Origin: a gamma proteobacterium HTCC2207
GTDB lineage: Bacteria; Pseudomonadota; Gammaproteobacteria; Pseudomonadales; Porticoccaceae
Direction: 5' to 3'
NCBI GenBank assembly: GCA_905182265.1
Contig: CAJJAO010000008.1
Location: 5,742 to 69,741, forward strand
Length of the DNA: 64,000 nt
Part shown: positions 28,322 through 38,370 of the stretch, piece after piece
How the letters are laid out: each line of letters starts with the position of its first letter
Numbering within the stretch: the first letter of the stretch is position 1
Made by a program: the position numbers and the translations under genes
The notes under the pieces: model-generated
Told to the model about the DNA's origin: nothing
The model's database searches: none
What the model saw: the letters and a program-made list of their open reading frames with translations, nothing else

Positions 28322-30409
28322 TTAAAAATCATACTGACCGGTAAAGCCGAATACTCGAGGTGCACCAAATTGATAGTAAGGCTCATTGATATAGCCTTTA
28401 CGAGGGTCATTAGGAAAACTGAACCCACGCACAATCACGTCCTCATCGGTAAGGTTGCGACCCCATATCGATAGCTCCCAATCTCCAGTATCGTAGGTCA
28501 TATTGGCATTAACCATCTCATAGGCATCGCTTTTGGTTTCGTGACTCGATGACAAGAAGAACTCATCTTTGCCCTCAATATCGATGGTGAGGGCTAAGCT
28601 ATCAGTCAGTTGCACGCTGGTACCCAAAGCAAACTGATGGCTGGGGGCATGGGCCTGCTCACGGCTATCCAAGGTGTCTGATAATGGTGTGTCAAACTCT
28701 GTTTTCAACAGGCCAACAGAGCCAAACAGAGCCACCATGTCTGTCACCAACCAGTTAAACTCAGCTTCGACACCATAATTTGTGCCCTCGGCAGCATTGC
28801 TGAAGTAGTCTGTAAAGCTAGAACCACCACTCACCATCGGCTGCACCAGCGACTGCTTAATCTGGATGTCATCGCGGAGCTGGTAAAACGCTGAAATTTG
28901 GGTCTGCAAAGTATCATCTAACCACAGCCCTTTAACGCCGGTTTCAATATTCCACATCTGTTCGGTGCCAAATTCACGATCAGCAGCATCTAGATCAGGG
29001 TCACTGTTAACACCGCCAGCTTTATAACCGCGGGAGACCAGGCCATAAATCATAGTATTGCTAACTGCTTGGTACTGCAGAGCAATACGTCCACCCCAGA
29101 GGCTCTCATTCACGCTATGAGCAACTAGCTCGCTATCTCCGTAATCTGCACTGCGCTTTTCGAATCGCAGCCCAGTGGTCAGTGTGAGGGCATCAGATAG
29201 ATGAGTATCGAGCTGTGCGTAAATAGCTTTGCTAGTTGTATCGAAGTCACTGGCAAAATCCCCAGCCGCAAAGGTATATTCACGTAACAGCTGCTCATCT
29301 TGCTCGCGCCAATAAGCACCTATAACCCAGTCTGTATCGCCCCTAAATATCTGGCCGCCTTCCTTGGATACCAGGCGCACGTCTAGGCTAGTATTTTCAC
29401 GATCCCGACTGTAGTTATCTACGGAGGCATAGCCGTCAAAAACGCACACAAAGTCGACGCAGATATCAGGGTTGGTCCAGTCTTCGTCATAGCCATACTC
29501 AAGATTGTTGTTGGCATAGCTTAGAGTGCTGGCTAATTCAAAGCTTTGGTTGCCCTGCCAGCTACTCTGCAATGCCAATGCTGTCGCTTCATGGCGATCG
29601 TGACCCGGGTTATCAGAGAGGGTGTGTCTAGTGTTGTCCAGGGAAAATGCATCGTAACCATTGTCCGCATTGACATGAAAAATGGTCAGTTTAAGGTTGG
29701 TATCAATACTTGCTTGCCAGTCCAAAATAGAGCGCAGGCTTAACTCATCGATATTATTAGTATCGTCACGGCCTAAAAAGTCATTTTCTATATAACCGTC
29801 CGAGCTGTGCTGCTGTACCGCCAATCGATAGCCCAAGGTATCATTGATAGGCCCCCCTAGGGCACCTGATATGGTCTCAGTACCGTAGTCACCGAGAGAG
29901 ACCGAAAGATTGCCCTCTGTTTCTGTGCCTGGCTGTACTGACTGTAAATAGATCAACCCTGCCAGTGCATTGGCGCCATAAAGCGTACCCTGAGGCCCAC
30001 GCAATATCTCTACTTGCTGAATGTCCATGGTGGTGGCGGCGCCTGCAATACCGGTGAAATCAATACCATCAACCAAAATACCTACCGACGGATTCAGGGG
30101 TTCGATGAACTGGCTGCGCTCGCCAATGCCACGAATTTGAATAAACCGACCACGGGACGCACCGCTGGAGAAATTAACGTTGGGGGCTATATTTAATACT
30201 TGCTCTAGGTGGCGAGCCTGCCGCTGTTTAATGGCCTGACTATTGATAACACTAATACTCGCCGCTGATTCGAGTAACGTAGCATTGCGCAAATCTGCGC
30301 TGACAATAATTTCAACGATAGCATCATCGGCTGAGCTGGGACCTGCAACAGCTAAGCTAGCCAATACAATATAGTAGGAGCTGGAAAAACGGTTTGGAGA
30401 GAAATTCAT
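28322..30409 (-). CDS. TonB-dependent receptor, TPP-riboswitch regulated (thiamine/precursor uptake)
   Basis: Signal peptide, plug motifs (IQIRGIG, ILVDGID, QVEILRGPQGTLYGANALAG), C-terminal YDF; directly downstream of a TPP riboswitch. Confidence 0.9.
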   Translation of the reverse strand: MNFSPNRFSSSYYIVLASLAVAGPSSADDAIVEIIVSADLRNATLLESAASISVINSQAIKQRQARHLEQVLNIAPNVNFSSGASRGRFIQIRGIGERSQFIEPLNPSVGILVDGIDFTGIAGAATTMDIQQVEILRGPQGTLYGANALAGLIYLQSVQPGTETEGNLSVSLGDYGTETISGALGGPINDTLGYRLAVQQHSSDGYIENDFLGRDDTNNIDELSLRSILDWQASIDTNLKLTIFHVNADNGYDAFSLDNTRHTLSDNPGHDRHEATALALQSSWQGNQSFELASTLSYANNNLEYGYDEDWTNPDICVDFVCVFDGYASVDNYSRDRENTSLDVRLVSKEGGQIFRGDTDWVIGAYWREQDEQLLREYTFAAGDFASDFDTTSKAIYAQLDTHLSDALTLTTGLRFEKRSADYGDSELVAHSVNESLWGGRIALQYQAVSNTMIYGLVSRGYKAGGVNSDPDLDAADREFGTEQMWNIETGVKGLWLDDTLQTQISAFYQLRDDIQIKQSLVQPMVSGGSSFTDYFSNAAEGTNYGVEAEFNWLVTDMVALFGSVGLLKTEFDTPLSDTLDSREQAHAPSHQFALGTSVQLTDSLALTIDIEGKDEFFLSSSHETKSDAYEMVNANMTYDTGDWELSIWGRNLTDEDVIVRGFSFPNDPRKGYINEPYYQFGAPRVFGFTGQYDF

Positions 30410-30481
30410 AGCTTGAGCCTCAGTAACATTAGTTAAGGAGACCCGGAGGTAAAGACGAAGTGCAGGGCAAAATTCAAGTAG

Positions 30482-30566
30482 TCCTATTCCTACGCCGGCA
30501 TAATCCGGATCAGGTTCAAAGGGTACTTCTCAGGTCTAATCTTATGATCGACCGCCCCTTAGGAAA
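30482..30566 (-). ncRNA. TPP (THI-box) riboswitch
   Basis: Minus strand reads ttcctaAGGGG..CTGAGAagtACCCTTTGAACCTGATCCGGATTATGCCGGCGTAGGAA, matching the conserved THI-element motifs; P1 ttccta/taggaa. Confidence 0.93.
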
Positions 30567-30573
30567 CGCGGCT

Positions 30574-30603
30574 ATAGTAGCACCCGACTCTTTGGGCGCG
30601 CAA
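30574..30603 (-). promoter_or_regulatory. Putative sigma70 promoter of the thiamine operon
   Basis: TTGCGC-N18-TACTAT on the minus strand, just upstream of the riboswitch. Confidence 0.45.
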
Positions 30604-30629
30604 CACACTGCAGGGCTTTCGCCCAAAAA

Positions 30630-31298
30630 CTAAACGGTGCAGGCAAGGATACGACTAATTTGGCACAGTGGTCGCCCGGACTCTTGGCGAAGGTTCTCGA
30701 ATACTTGTTCAACAAGCTTTAAATCTCTTTGCGAGTTAGGGCTGAATTTTTTCATGAGCCCATGGTGAACCAGCGCATTACAAACATCATTGGTCAACAA
30801 AAAGGTATCTCTGCCCATACTACGCAACATCATCGGCCCAGAGTTACCCCCCAACCGACTTCCCTGCTTTTTCATCTCTAACCACAACCCAGTAATATTA
30901 TCTTCAGGCCACTCGGCAATAAATTGACCAAAGCTACCATGGCTGCGTTTGCGGTCTAAGACATAGACGGCATTGTGACGCACCGAAACGATCTTAGTGA
31001 AGTTACGAACAATGCTTTTGTCCTGAGCTAGCTCTTCGAGCTTCTCGTCGCTGAAATGCCCCACAGCCAGGGGGTTAAACTGTGCAAACGCCGCTTCAAA
31101 TCCAGGCCATTTATTGTCAATGACACGCCACACAAAACCCGCACGAAAAACGCACCGCGCCATCATGGACAGATATCGATCGTCTGTTTGCGCCATTAAT
31201 TCTTTAGCTGTTCTTGGTGTCGGCAGAGCCGATTCAAGTATTTCAGCACCACCACGATTGGCAGCAGCTAGCGTATAAAGGTCATCAAATGAGGTCAT
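30630..31298 (-). CDS. DNA-3-methyladenine glycosylase I (Tag)-like protein, divergent subfamily
   Basis: FRAGFVW..IDNKWPGFEAAF, IVRNFTKI; lacks canonical Tag Zn-binding termini. Confidence 0.72.
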   Translation of the reverse strand: MTSFDDLYTLAAANRGGAEILESALPTPRTAKELMAQTDDRYLSMMARCVFRAGFVWRVIDNKWPGFEAAFAQFNPLAVGHFSDEKLEELAQDKSIVRNFTKIVSVRHNAVYVLDRKRSHGSFGQFIAEWPEDNITGLWLEMKKQGSRLGGNSGPMMLRSMGRDTFLLTNDVCNALVHHGLMKKFSPNSQRDLKLVEQVFENLRQESGRPLCQISRILACTV

Positions 31299-31422
31299 GG
31301 ATCAGGTCACTGTTAAAGTTAGGCGTAAGAGGGAGGATAGTTATTGTTTGTCTAATTACTGGAACGCCGGTTGCGTCCCTGTATATGGAAAGCCGCTTGC
31401 GGCGTTGTATACGGACAGCCCA

Positions 31423-32082
31423 TCAAATAAAGCCACCGCGTTGTAAAATTTGGGTAATGAAATAGATAGAGATAATAGCAAGAACAACCCCAAAGGCTTT
31501 ATCGATCAACCAACTTTTACGATAAAACCCAGCCATAGAGGCAGAGCGAGACAGCAGTAACACCACTAAGATATACCAGAGCATATCAATACCACCCGCT
31601 ATAACCGTCAGCGCTAACTTTTCCCCTGTATCACTTTCGGGGCGCACAAACTGGCTAAATAAAGCCGTAAAAAATATGATAATTTTGGGGTTAACCAAAG
31701 CGATCAGAAAGCCATCACGGGCGGCCGCCCAATAAGACGATTTCACCGCCACAGATAGATTGTTTTCCCTCTGGATTGGCGCTAATAAAAGCTTCGCCGC
31801 TAAGTACAATAAAAATAAGCTACCAAGGGTTTGGATAACATCAAACAGCAATGGGTTTTTATCGACGGCTACGACCAAACCAAACACCGTTGCAAAGGCA
31901 AACAGCCCAATACCTACCCCATGGGCTACCGCAGCAAAAAAACCTGCAATTTTTCCCTGAGACAGAGAATGATTGATAATGATCGCCAAACTGGGCCCAG
32001 GGGACATAGCGCCGAGTAGGCAAACAATGGTCACTGAAAACCAGAACATGACATTTGGCCAAGTTTGAAAAATAATATCCAT
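31423..32082 (-). CDS. LysE/RhtB-family translocator
   Basis: SPGPSLA, LGSLFLLYLA, NPKIIIFFTALFSQF. Confidence 0.9.
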   Translation of the reverse strand: MDIIFQTWPNVMFWFSVTIVCLLGAMSPGPSLAIIINHSLSQGKIAGFFAAVAHGVGIGLFAFATVFGLVVAVDKNPLLFDVIQTLGSLFLLYLAAKLLLAPIQRENNLSVAVKSSYWAAARDGFLIALVNPKIIIFFTALFSQFVRPESDTGEKLALTVIAGGIDMLWYILVVLLLSRSASMAGFYRKSWLIDKAFGVVLAIISIYFITQILQRGGFI

Positions 32083-32360
32083 GGGGTTTTTATACAGATT
32101 TGAGGGGATAAAACAAGTTAATTGTAACCATAAGCTAGCTTAGTTAAGTCATTCAAAGCTAATACTTTAGTATTAGTTCTTAAGCATTATATCAACTTAG
32201 CCCAGCATCCATTACTTTACTCCTGTGATAAAGGTGCCGTGCCTAATGAAGAGCGCCTAGAAAATAAGGACAGCAGCAACTAATCTATTCGGTTTTTTAC
32301 CTTAGAACGGACTCTCAAGGACGAACAACTTGGCGTATAAGTTTTGAGGCCCATGGAAAT

Positions 32361-32540
32361 ATGGAATTTAGAAAGACTGAAAGTGAGAAAGGTGTGAAGA
32401 AAATAGCTAACGATATAGAAACTAGTGAATTTCAAGAAGCCTTTGACGGCGGCCTTGAAAGTCTCACAATCTGGCTAGAAGGCCTGCCAAAGTTACAACG
32501 AAAGAAGGTACTTGACCTTGTAGAGCAGAGTGCTCTTTAG
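32361..32540 (+). CDS. Unannotated 59-aa small protein (MEFRKTESEKGVKKIANDIETSEFQEAFDGGLESLTIWLEGLPKLQRKKVLDLVEQSAL)
   Basis: Open frame ATG 32361 to TAG 32540, just under the ORF-track cutoff, in an otherwise empty interval; helical-looking sequence; weak RBS. Confidence 0.5.
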   Translation: MEFRKTESEKGVKKIANDIETSEFQEAFDGGLESLTIWLEGLPKLQRKKVLDLVEQSAL

Positions 32541-32636
32541 TAAGAGCACATTTTAGTAAGAGCACTTTTTAGTAAGAGCACTTTCTTTTAAGAGCACTTT
32601 CTTTTAAGAGCCCTTTCTAATAAGGGCGCTCTATTA
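32541..32636. repeat. 16-bp minisatellite, six units, immediately after the small-ORF stop
   Basis: taagagcacattttag / taagagcactttttag / taagagcactttcttt x2 / taagagccctttctaa / taagggcgctctatta. Confidence 0.9.
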
Positions 32637-32676
32637 TCAGCGAGGCGAAGGTGCCGGTAAGAGTGCTGGTTGATAG

Positions 32677-33018
32677 TTACTTAAGGTTTTCTGCGACCTT
32701 AGCAAAAAGAGCGGCTCTGTCCGCATCGCTAAGAGACCTGATCTTCTCGTAAAGCTCATCCATCGAGACGGCAGCGTCACCAGCCTTTTTTGAAGGTGGC
32801 CCGTACATGGACTCAGGCGTCACGCCAAAGAAATTGGCTATGCGCACTACCGAGTCACGGCGAGGCTCCCGAGTAACTTCACTCAGAATACGATTAATTG
32901 TGGGTTGCGGTACACCAGTTGCACGGGACAGTGCACTCTGGGAAAGCCTACGCTCCCTCATTAGTCTTGCTAGCTGTTTACTTATATCTAGTTTCATACT
33001 GGCCATTATGCTATCCAT
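32677..33018 (-). CDS. XRE/Cro-CI-type HTH regulator without S24 peptidase domain
   Basis: LARLMRERRLSQSALSRATGVPQPTINRIL...IANFFGVT; start may be 33006. Confidence 0.85.
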   Translation of the reverse strand: MDSIMASMKLDISKQLARLMRERRLSQSALSRATGVPQPTINRILSEVTREPRRDSVVRIANFFGVTPESMYGPPSKKAGDAAVSMDELYEKIRSLSDADRAALFAKVAENLK

Positions 33019-33110
33019 TGCTATCCATCTCTGTATTATTTTTAGACCAATTTAGACCTAAATGCGACATTAATTTACTCGCTAATACCCTAGCTATCCT
33101 GAATTTCTCA

Positions 33111-33971
33111 TCAGTTCATCATTTTCCGCAGCACATCTGGACGATCAGTGATAATGCCATCCACCTCTATATTGATTAGGTTTTGCATAATCTGCGGATC
33201 ATTTACAGTCCAAGCATCGACGCGCATATTTAACTGATGGGCGGTTTTAACAATGGCTGGCGTTAAGATATTAAAACCGCCATAGGTAACCGGCACCTGC
33301 ACAGAAACACCAGGAGAGCTGTAAAGATGCCCTAAACCAAGACGGCTCAGTAGCACCATAAGAACTACCTCAGACTGGCCCAGAGAAGTGGGGACCTCAG
33401 GGCAAATACCCCTAAAGTGCACCAGCACTGAGCTATGAAAAGAGCCAACGACGACCTGGTCAGCAAGATTATGTGTTTTGATCAACGCGCAGAGAGCATC
33501 CGCCGCAGGGGTCTCTTCTGGCTTTAACTCAATCAAATAACGGCTGTCGGGCATTGTTTCGAACAGGGACGCCAGTGTCGGAATCACTATTCCACCCCCA
33601 TGAGATAGCTCAGGATAATCCACCTCGTGAAAACCCACGTCATATTGCTGTAGCTCCGCTACAGTCATCTCGGCAATAACCCCAGAACCGTTTGTTGTGG
33701 TATCAATAATAGCGTCGTGGCGAACCACCAACTGCTGATCCGCCGTTAGATGAATATCTAATTCAAGAATATCTGTGCCAACCGCAAGGGCATTTATCGC
33801 TGCCTCCAACGTATTGCCAGGCAAAAGCGCGCGGCCATTACCATGGGCAATCACCTGCACAGAATCCGAGCCATAAAATGCCGCATTCGGCACTTTCTTG
33901 GCCGTGGGCAAGGTCAGAAGCAGGCCATAGGCCAGCATTGTGCCAACAAGCAGCCCAAAGAGAATTTTCAT
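33111..33971 (-). CDS. Glycerophosphodiester phosphodiesterase (GDPD) family, N-terminal membrane anchor
   Basis: IAHGNG, PGNTLEA, ILELDIHLTAD, VVRHD, LIELK, WTVND, GIITDRP. Confidence 0.9.
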   Translation of the reverse strand: MKILFGLLVGTMLAYGLLLTLPTAKKVPNAAFYGSDSVQVIAHGNGRALLPGNTLEAAINALAVGTDILELDIHLTADQQLVVRHDAIIDTTTNGSGVIAEMTVAELQQYDVGFHEVDYPELSHGGGIVIPTLASLFETMPDSRYLIELKPEETPAADALCALIKTHNLADQVVVGSFHSSVLVHFRGICPEVPTSLGQSEVVLMVLLSRLGLGHLYSSPGVSVQVPVTYGGFNILTPAIVKTAHQLNMRVDAWTVNDPQIMQNLINIEVDGIITDRPDVLRKMMN

Positions 33972-34047
33972 AAAGCACACCTATTATTTGGCCTGCTCAA
34001 CTGTATGCTCTTTTGGCTGCCTTGTATGTGGCTGTTTTTTATCTTAG

Positions 34048-35985
34048 TTATCGATGCAATCGATTAGCAATTAACTCCTCAACCACGGCTGGGTCGGCTA
34101 GGGTTGAAGTGTCCCCCAAACTATCTAGCTCATTGGCCGCCACTTTGCGCAAAATACGGCGCATAATTTTTCCCGATCTGGTTTTCGGTAACCCCGGAGC
34201 CCACTGAATAAGGTCTGGCTTGGCAATGGGACCAATCTCGGCAACACAGAGGGCAATAAGCTCTTTGCGCAGAGCTTCATTAGGCTCAACATTGGACATA
34301 GGCGTGACGTAGCAGTAGATGCCCTGCCCCTTAATATCATGGGGGTAGCCAACCACAGCAGCCTCTGCGATGCTCTTATGCAACACTAGAGCACTCTCAA
34401 CTTCAGCAGTCCCCATGCGATGACCGGACACATTGAGCACATCGTCTACGCGGCCCGTGATCCAGTAGTATCCATCCTCATCCCGGCGAGCACCGTCACC
34501 GGTGAAGTAATAACCAGGATAGGCACTAAAATAGGTTTCAATACAGCGTTGATGGTCGCCATAGACCGTACGAATTTGGCTGGGCCAAGAAGATTTGATC
34601 ATCAGCAACCCCTCACCAGCGCCTTCAATTTCGACCCCCTCAGGGTCTAATAAAATCGGCTGCACACCAAAGAATGGCTGGGTCGCTGAGCCGGGCTTTA
34701 GATCAGTTGCGCCTGGTAAGGGCGTTAACATATGAGCCCCAGTTTCGGTCTGCCACCAGGTGTCAACAATGGGGCAACGAGAGTCGCCAACAACCTTGTA
34801 ATACCATTCCCAAGCCTCTGGATTAATCGGTTCACCTACAGTCCCTAGTAACTTCAACGAGCTCCTCGACGTACTCTTTACCGGGTCATCACCCGCAGCC
34901 ATCAGAGCTCTAATCGCTGTAGGTGCCGTGTAAAACTGATTGACCTGATGCTTATCAATTACCTGCCAAAACCTTGAGGCGTCTGGATAGGTAGGCACGC
35001 CCTCAAACATCAGAGAAATACCGCCGTTACACAGCGGACCATAGAGAATATAGCTATGGCCAGTAATCCAGCCTACATCTGCAGTGCACCAGTAAACATC
35101 ACCCTCTTTGTAATCAAAGGTATATTTATGGGTCATTGCCGCCATCAGCAGGTAGCCACCAGTGGTGTGCATGACCCCTTTGGGTTTGCCCGTAGAACCG
35201 GAGGTATAAAGAATAAATAGAGGGTCTTCAGCGTCCATTATTTCAACAGGACATTCAGCGGATACAGCCTCTATGGCCTGGTGATACCAGACATCACGGC
35301 CCTCAGCCCAATCAATAGATCCAGAGGTGCGCTCCACCACAAGACAGGTATGCACAGCAGCGCAACTCTCAAGAGCCTTATCAACATTAGCCTTCAGTGG
35401 GATTGCCTTGCCACCGCGCACCCCTTCGTCAGCGGTAATAACCACCTGACAATCGGAATTAAGAATACGATCCTTTAATGCTTCCGGTGAGAAACCACCA
35501 AATACCACGGAGTGCACCGCACCAATTCGCGCGCAGGCCAACATCGCATAGGCTGCCTCTGGAATCATCGGCATATAGATGCAGACTCGATCGCCTTTCT
35601 TTACACCGCGGTCGCGAAGTACATTACCCAGTCGCGAGACTTTGTCATGCAACTCCCTATAGGTAATAGTTTTATCATCAGTGGGCTCATCCCCCTCCCA
35701 AATTAATGCAGTTTGGTCCGCGCGCTCGGGAAGGTGGCGATCGATGCAGTTGGCAGCTACATTCAGCTTACCCCCCGCAAACCAAGCCGCTTCACCCACC
35801 GAAAAGTTATAGCTAGAGACAGTATCCCAGGGCGTATCCCAGCTTAAGAATTCAGCCGCTTGCTCAGCCCAAAACTGATCGGGCTGCTCTATCGACTGGC
35901 GATACATGTCGCTATATTTTTCTTTATTGATCCAGGCGTGTTCGCGCCATTGAGCAGGGACAGGATGAATTAGAGATTCAGACAT
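34048..35985 (-). CDS. acs: Acetyl-CoA synthetase
   Basis: [46 protein letters not shown]. Confidence 0.97.
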   Translation of the reverse strand: MSESLIHPVPAQWREHAWINKEKYSDMYRQSIEQPDQFWAEQAAEFLSWDTPWDTVSSYNFSVGEAAWFAGGKLNVAANCIDRHLPERADQTALIWEGDEPTDDKTITYRELHDKVSRLGNVLRDRGVKKGDRVCIYMPMIPEAAYAMLACARIGAVHSVVFGGFSPEALKDRILNSDCQVVITADEGVRGGKAIPLKANVDKALESCAAVHTCLVVERTSGSIDWAEGRDVWYHQAIEAVSAECPVEIMDAEDPLFILYTSGSTGKPKGVMHTTGGYLLMAAMTHKYTFDYKEGDVYWCTADVGWITGHSYILYGPLCNGGISLMFEGVPTYPDASRFWQVIDKHQVNQFYTAPTAIRALMAAGDDPVKSTSRSSLKLLGTVGEPINPEAWEWYYKVVGDSRCPIVDTWWQTETGAHMLTPLPGATDLKPGSATQPFFGVQPILLDPEGVEIEGAGEGLLMIKSSWPSQIRTVYGDHQRCIETYFSAYPGYYFTGDGARRDEDGYYWITGRVDDVLNVSGHRMGTAEVESALVLHKSIAEAAVVGYPHDIKGQGIYCYVTPMSNVEPNEALRKELIALCVAEIGPIAKPDLIQWAPGLPKTRSGKIMRRILRKVAANELDSLGDTSTLADPAVVEELIANRLHR

Positions 35986-36153
35986 GGAGATAACCCTTAA
36001 ACCAAAATTATGCCGAGCTAACGACGTTTATAGAAGGCAGAGTCTAGTAGATTTATGCAGGCTTGCTCAAGCTAATCCAAGGTTTTGGCGCAGATTCATT
36101 CTTCTTTGGTAGCTACTAGTTAGCACCAAAGAAGCGCCAATCAATATAAAGCA

Positions 36154-37011
36154 TCAATCCTCGTTCGGAAATCGCGTAGGCTTGAGGCTGTTTTTGATTT
36201 TTTCGAGATGGGGAAGAAAATCTGGACCACGGCGCAATGTCACACCGGTTGCCAGCACATCTAAGATGACCAGATGCACAATACGCGACGCCATGGGCAT
36301 GTATTCATCGGTATTCTCCGGCACATCCACATCTAAAGTCAGCGTACACATGTCAGCCAGAGGAGAATTAGCGGCAGTAAGGCCAATTACCGTCGACCCA
36401 TTACTGCGGGCAATCTCAGCAACCCCCACCACCTCTTTAGTGCGCCCGGTATGAGAGATCACAAAGAACACATCACCAGCGCCGCCAGTAGACGCAAGCA
36501 TGCGCTGCATAAGCACATCGTCATGGCTCGACACTGGAAGGTTAAAACGGAAAAACTTATTCTCTGCGTCCCGAGCAACAGAGCCTGAAGCCCCAAGCCC
36601 GAAAAAATAAATTCTCTTCGCTTGAATCAGTTTATCCACCACCTGATTGACCCGTACGTGGCTGATTTTATCGCGTACCAAAGCCAGAGTATTAATGGTG
36701 CTATCAATGATTTTGGGCGTGTAGCTAGTCACATCGTCATCTGGGTTCACGTTGCGATTCACAAATCGGATGCCGCTAGCCAGAGATTTAGCGAGCTTTA
36801 ACTTGAAATCAGGGAAGCCCGCCGCATTAAACCGCTTACAAAATCGATTAACACTGGGTTCGCTGACTTGGGATTTTTTGGCCAAAGTAGCAATACTAGA
36901 GCGAGTAGCGGCATCAGGATCAGACAAAATAACCTGCGCCACCTTGGTCTCGGACTTGTTTAACGTCGGCAGTGCATCGGTAATAACATTGATCAGATTT
37001 TGGCTATGCAT
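36154..37011 (-). CDS. hexR: HexR (RpiR-family) regulator
   Basis: VSEPSVNRFC, GFPDFKLKLA, FFGLGASG, SHTGRTKE; adjacent to the ED cluster. Confidence 0.9.
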   Translation of the reverse strand: MHSQNLINVITDALPTLNKSETKVAQVILSDPDAATRSSIATLAKKSQVSEPSVNRFCKRFNAAGFPDFKLKLAKSLASGIRFVNRNVNPDDDVTSYTPKIIDSTINTLALVRDKISHVRVNQVVDKLIQAKRIYFFGLGASGSVARDAENKFFRFNLPVSSHDDVLMQRMLASTGGAGDVFFVISHTGRTKEVVGVAEIARSNGSTVIGLTAANSPLADMCTLTLDVDVPENTDEYMPMASRIVHLVILDVLATGVTLRRGPDFLPHLEKIKNSLKPTRFPNED

Positions 37012-37175
37012 TGAGCTGTCACCCTCTAATTGGAACTAAATTACGTAATTTTCTGTAAATATGAGCCTATTCTAGGGTTTTAAACAGAAAAAGTCCGTAA
37101 AAAATGACAGTCTCGAAAGAAAATCTACTGCAAAGCTACGCCACAGGTAAAACTCAACGAAATGGCGCTAAATAA

Positions 37176-37253
37176 TGTAATTATACGTACATATTTAGCA
37201 ATTACATTGCCCAAACCCAGTATAAAACGTATACTTTTCGTAATATTACTACA
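37176..37253. promoter_or_regulatory. Candidate HexR operators in the hexR-gap divergon
   Basis: CGTAATATTACTACA (37239-37253) and TGTAATTATACGTACA (37176-37191) resemble the TGTAAT-N3-ATTACA palindrome. Confidence 0.6.
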
Positions 37254-37271
37254 TTAAAAGAAATTCCCATT

Positions 37272-38366
37272 ATGTACAAAATTGCTATCAATGGCTTTGG
37301 CCGCATTGGCCGAAATATTCTCAGAGCTCTCTACGAACGCCCTGACCTGCAGGATAAAATTCAAATTGTCGCCATCAATGACCTAGGCGATGTGAGTGTC
37401 AGTGCCCACCTACTTCAATTTGATACTGTGCACGGTCGTTTTAACCAGCAGGTGACAACTGATAAAGAGTCACTCACTGTCAATGGCCACAGAATCCAGT
37501 GGTTCAGTGAGCGAGATCCGGCCAATATTCCTTGGGGTGATCTAGGCGTAGACCTAGTGTGCGAATGCACGGGAGTCTTCACCAGTCGAGACAAAGCTGC
37601 CCTGCATATTGCTGGCGGCGCCAAAAAAGTACTGATCTCCGCACCAGGCTCCAATGTTGATGCAACCATTGTCTACGGTATTAATGACAATATTCTTACC
37701 GCCGAGCACCAGATCATATCCAACGCTTCGTGCACAACTAACTGCCTGGCCCCTCTTGTCAAACCTCTTCACGAGGCATTAGGTATTAAGAGCGGCTACA
37801 TGACTACAGTCCATGCCTATACCAATGACCAACAGCTAAGCGACACCTATCATTCAGATGTCTATCGGGCGCGGTCCGCTACTCAGTCTATGATCCCCAC
37901 CAAAACTGGCGCTGCGGTTGCCATCGGTGATGTGATGCCAGAGCTGGCCGGCAAACTCGATGGCCTCGCTGTTCGTGTCCCCACCATTAATGTATCTCTC
38001 GTTGACTTAACCTTTAATGCCGGCCGCGATACCACCGTGGAAGAAGTTAACCAAATTCTTAAGCAGGCTGCCGATGGCGATCTGAGTGAAGTTCTAAGCT
38101 ATTGCGACCAGCCCCTAGTGTCGGTGGACTACAACCATATTCCCTACTCTAGCAATTTTGACTCGCTTCAAACTCGCGTCAATGGCTCCCTGGTAAAAGT
38201 CATGGCTTGGTACGACAACGAATGGGGTTTCTCTAACCGTATGCTCGACAATAGCGTAGCACTGCTTAATAAAAGCACAGGGCTGCTTAATAAAAGCGCA
38301 GGGCTGTCCAATAAAAGCGCAGGGCTGGTCAGCAAAAGCACAACACAGCTTGAGCAGAGCACTTAA
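37272..38366 (+). CDS. gap: Type I glyceraldehyde-3-phosphate dehydrogenase with a repeat-extended C-terminus
   Basis: [33 protein letters not shown]; tail of 7-aa repeats. Confidence 0.92.
   Translation: MYKIAINGFGRIGRNILRALYERPDLQDKIQIVAINDLGDVSVSAHLLQFDTVHGRFNQQVTTDKESLTVNGHRIQWFSERDPANIPWGDLGVDLVCECTGVFTSRDKAALHIAGGAKKVLISAPGSNVDATIVYGINDNILTAEHQIISNASCTTNCLAPLVKPLHEALGIKSGYMTTVHAYTNDQQLSDTYHSDVYRARSATQSMIPTKTGAAVAIGDVMPELAGKLDGLAVRVPTINVSLVDLTFNAGRDTTVEEVNQILKQAADGDLSEVLSYCDQPLVSVDYNHIPYSSNFDSLQTRVNGSLVKVMAWYDNEWGFSNRMLDNSVALLNKSTGLLNKSAGLSNKSAGLVSKSTTQLEQST
38262..38366 (+). repeat. In-frame 21-bp tandem repeat (5 degenerate units) at the gap 3' end
   Basis: ctgcttaataaaagcacaggg / ctgcttaataaaagcgcaggg / ctgtccaataaaagcgcaggg / ctggtcagcaaaagcacaaca / cagcttgagcagagcacttaa. 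Confidence 0.88.
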
Positions 38367-38370
38367 CCCT

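Noticed and set aside
32239-32283. 14-codon ORF (GTG, MPNEERLENKDSSN) upstream of the 59-aa ORF
   Set aside because: Too short to support; could be chance in AT-rich DNA
32541-32636. CRISPR array interpretation of the 16-bp repeats (also 25106-25210)
   Set aside because: Units are contiguous with no unique spacers, too short, and no cas genes are present
32677-33018. Prophage call based on the CI-like repressor
   Set aside because: No integrase, structural, replication or lysis genes and no att-like repeats; flanks are housekeeping genes
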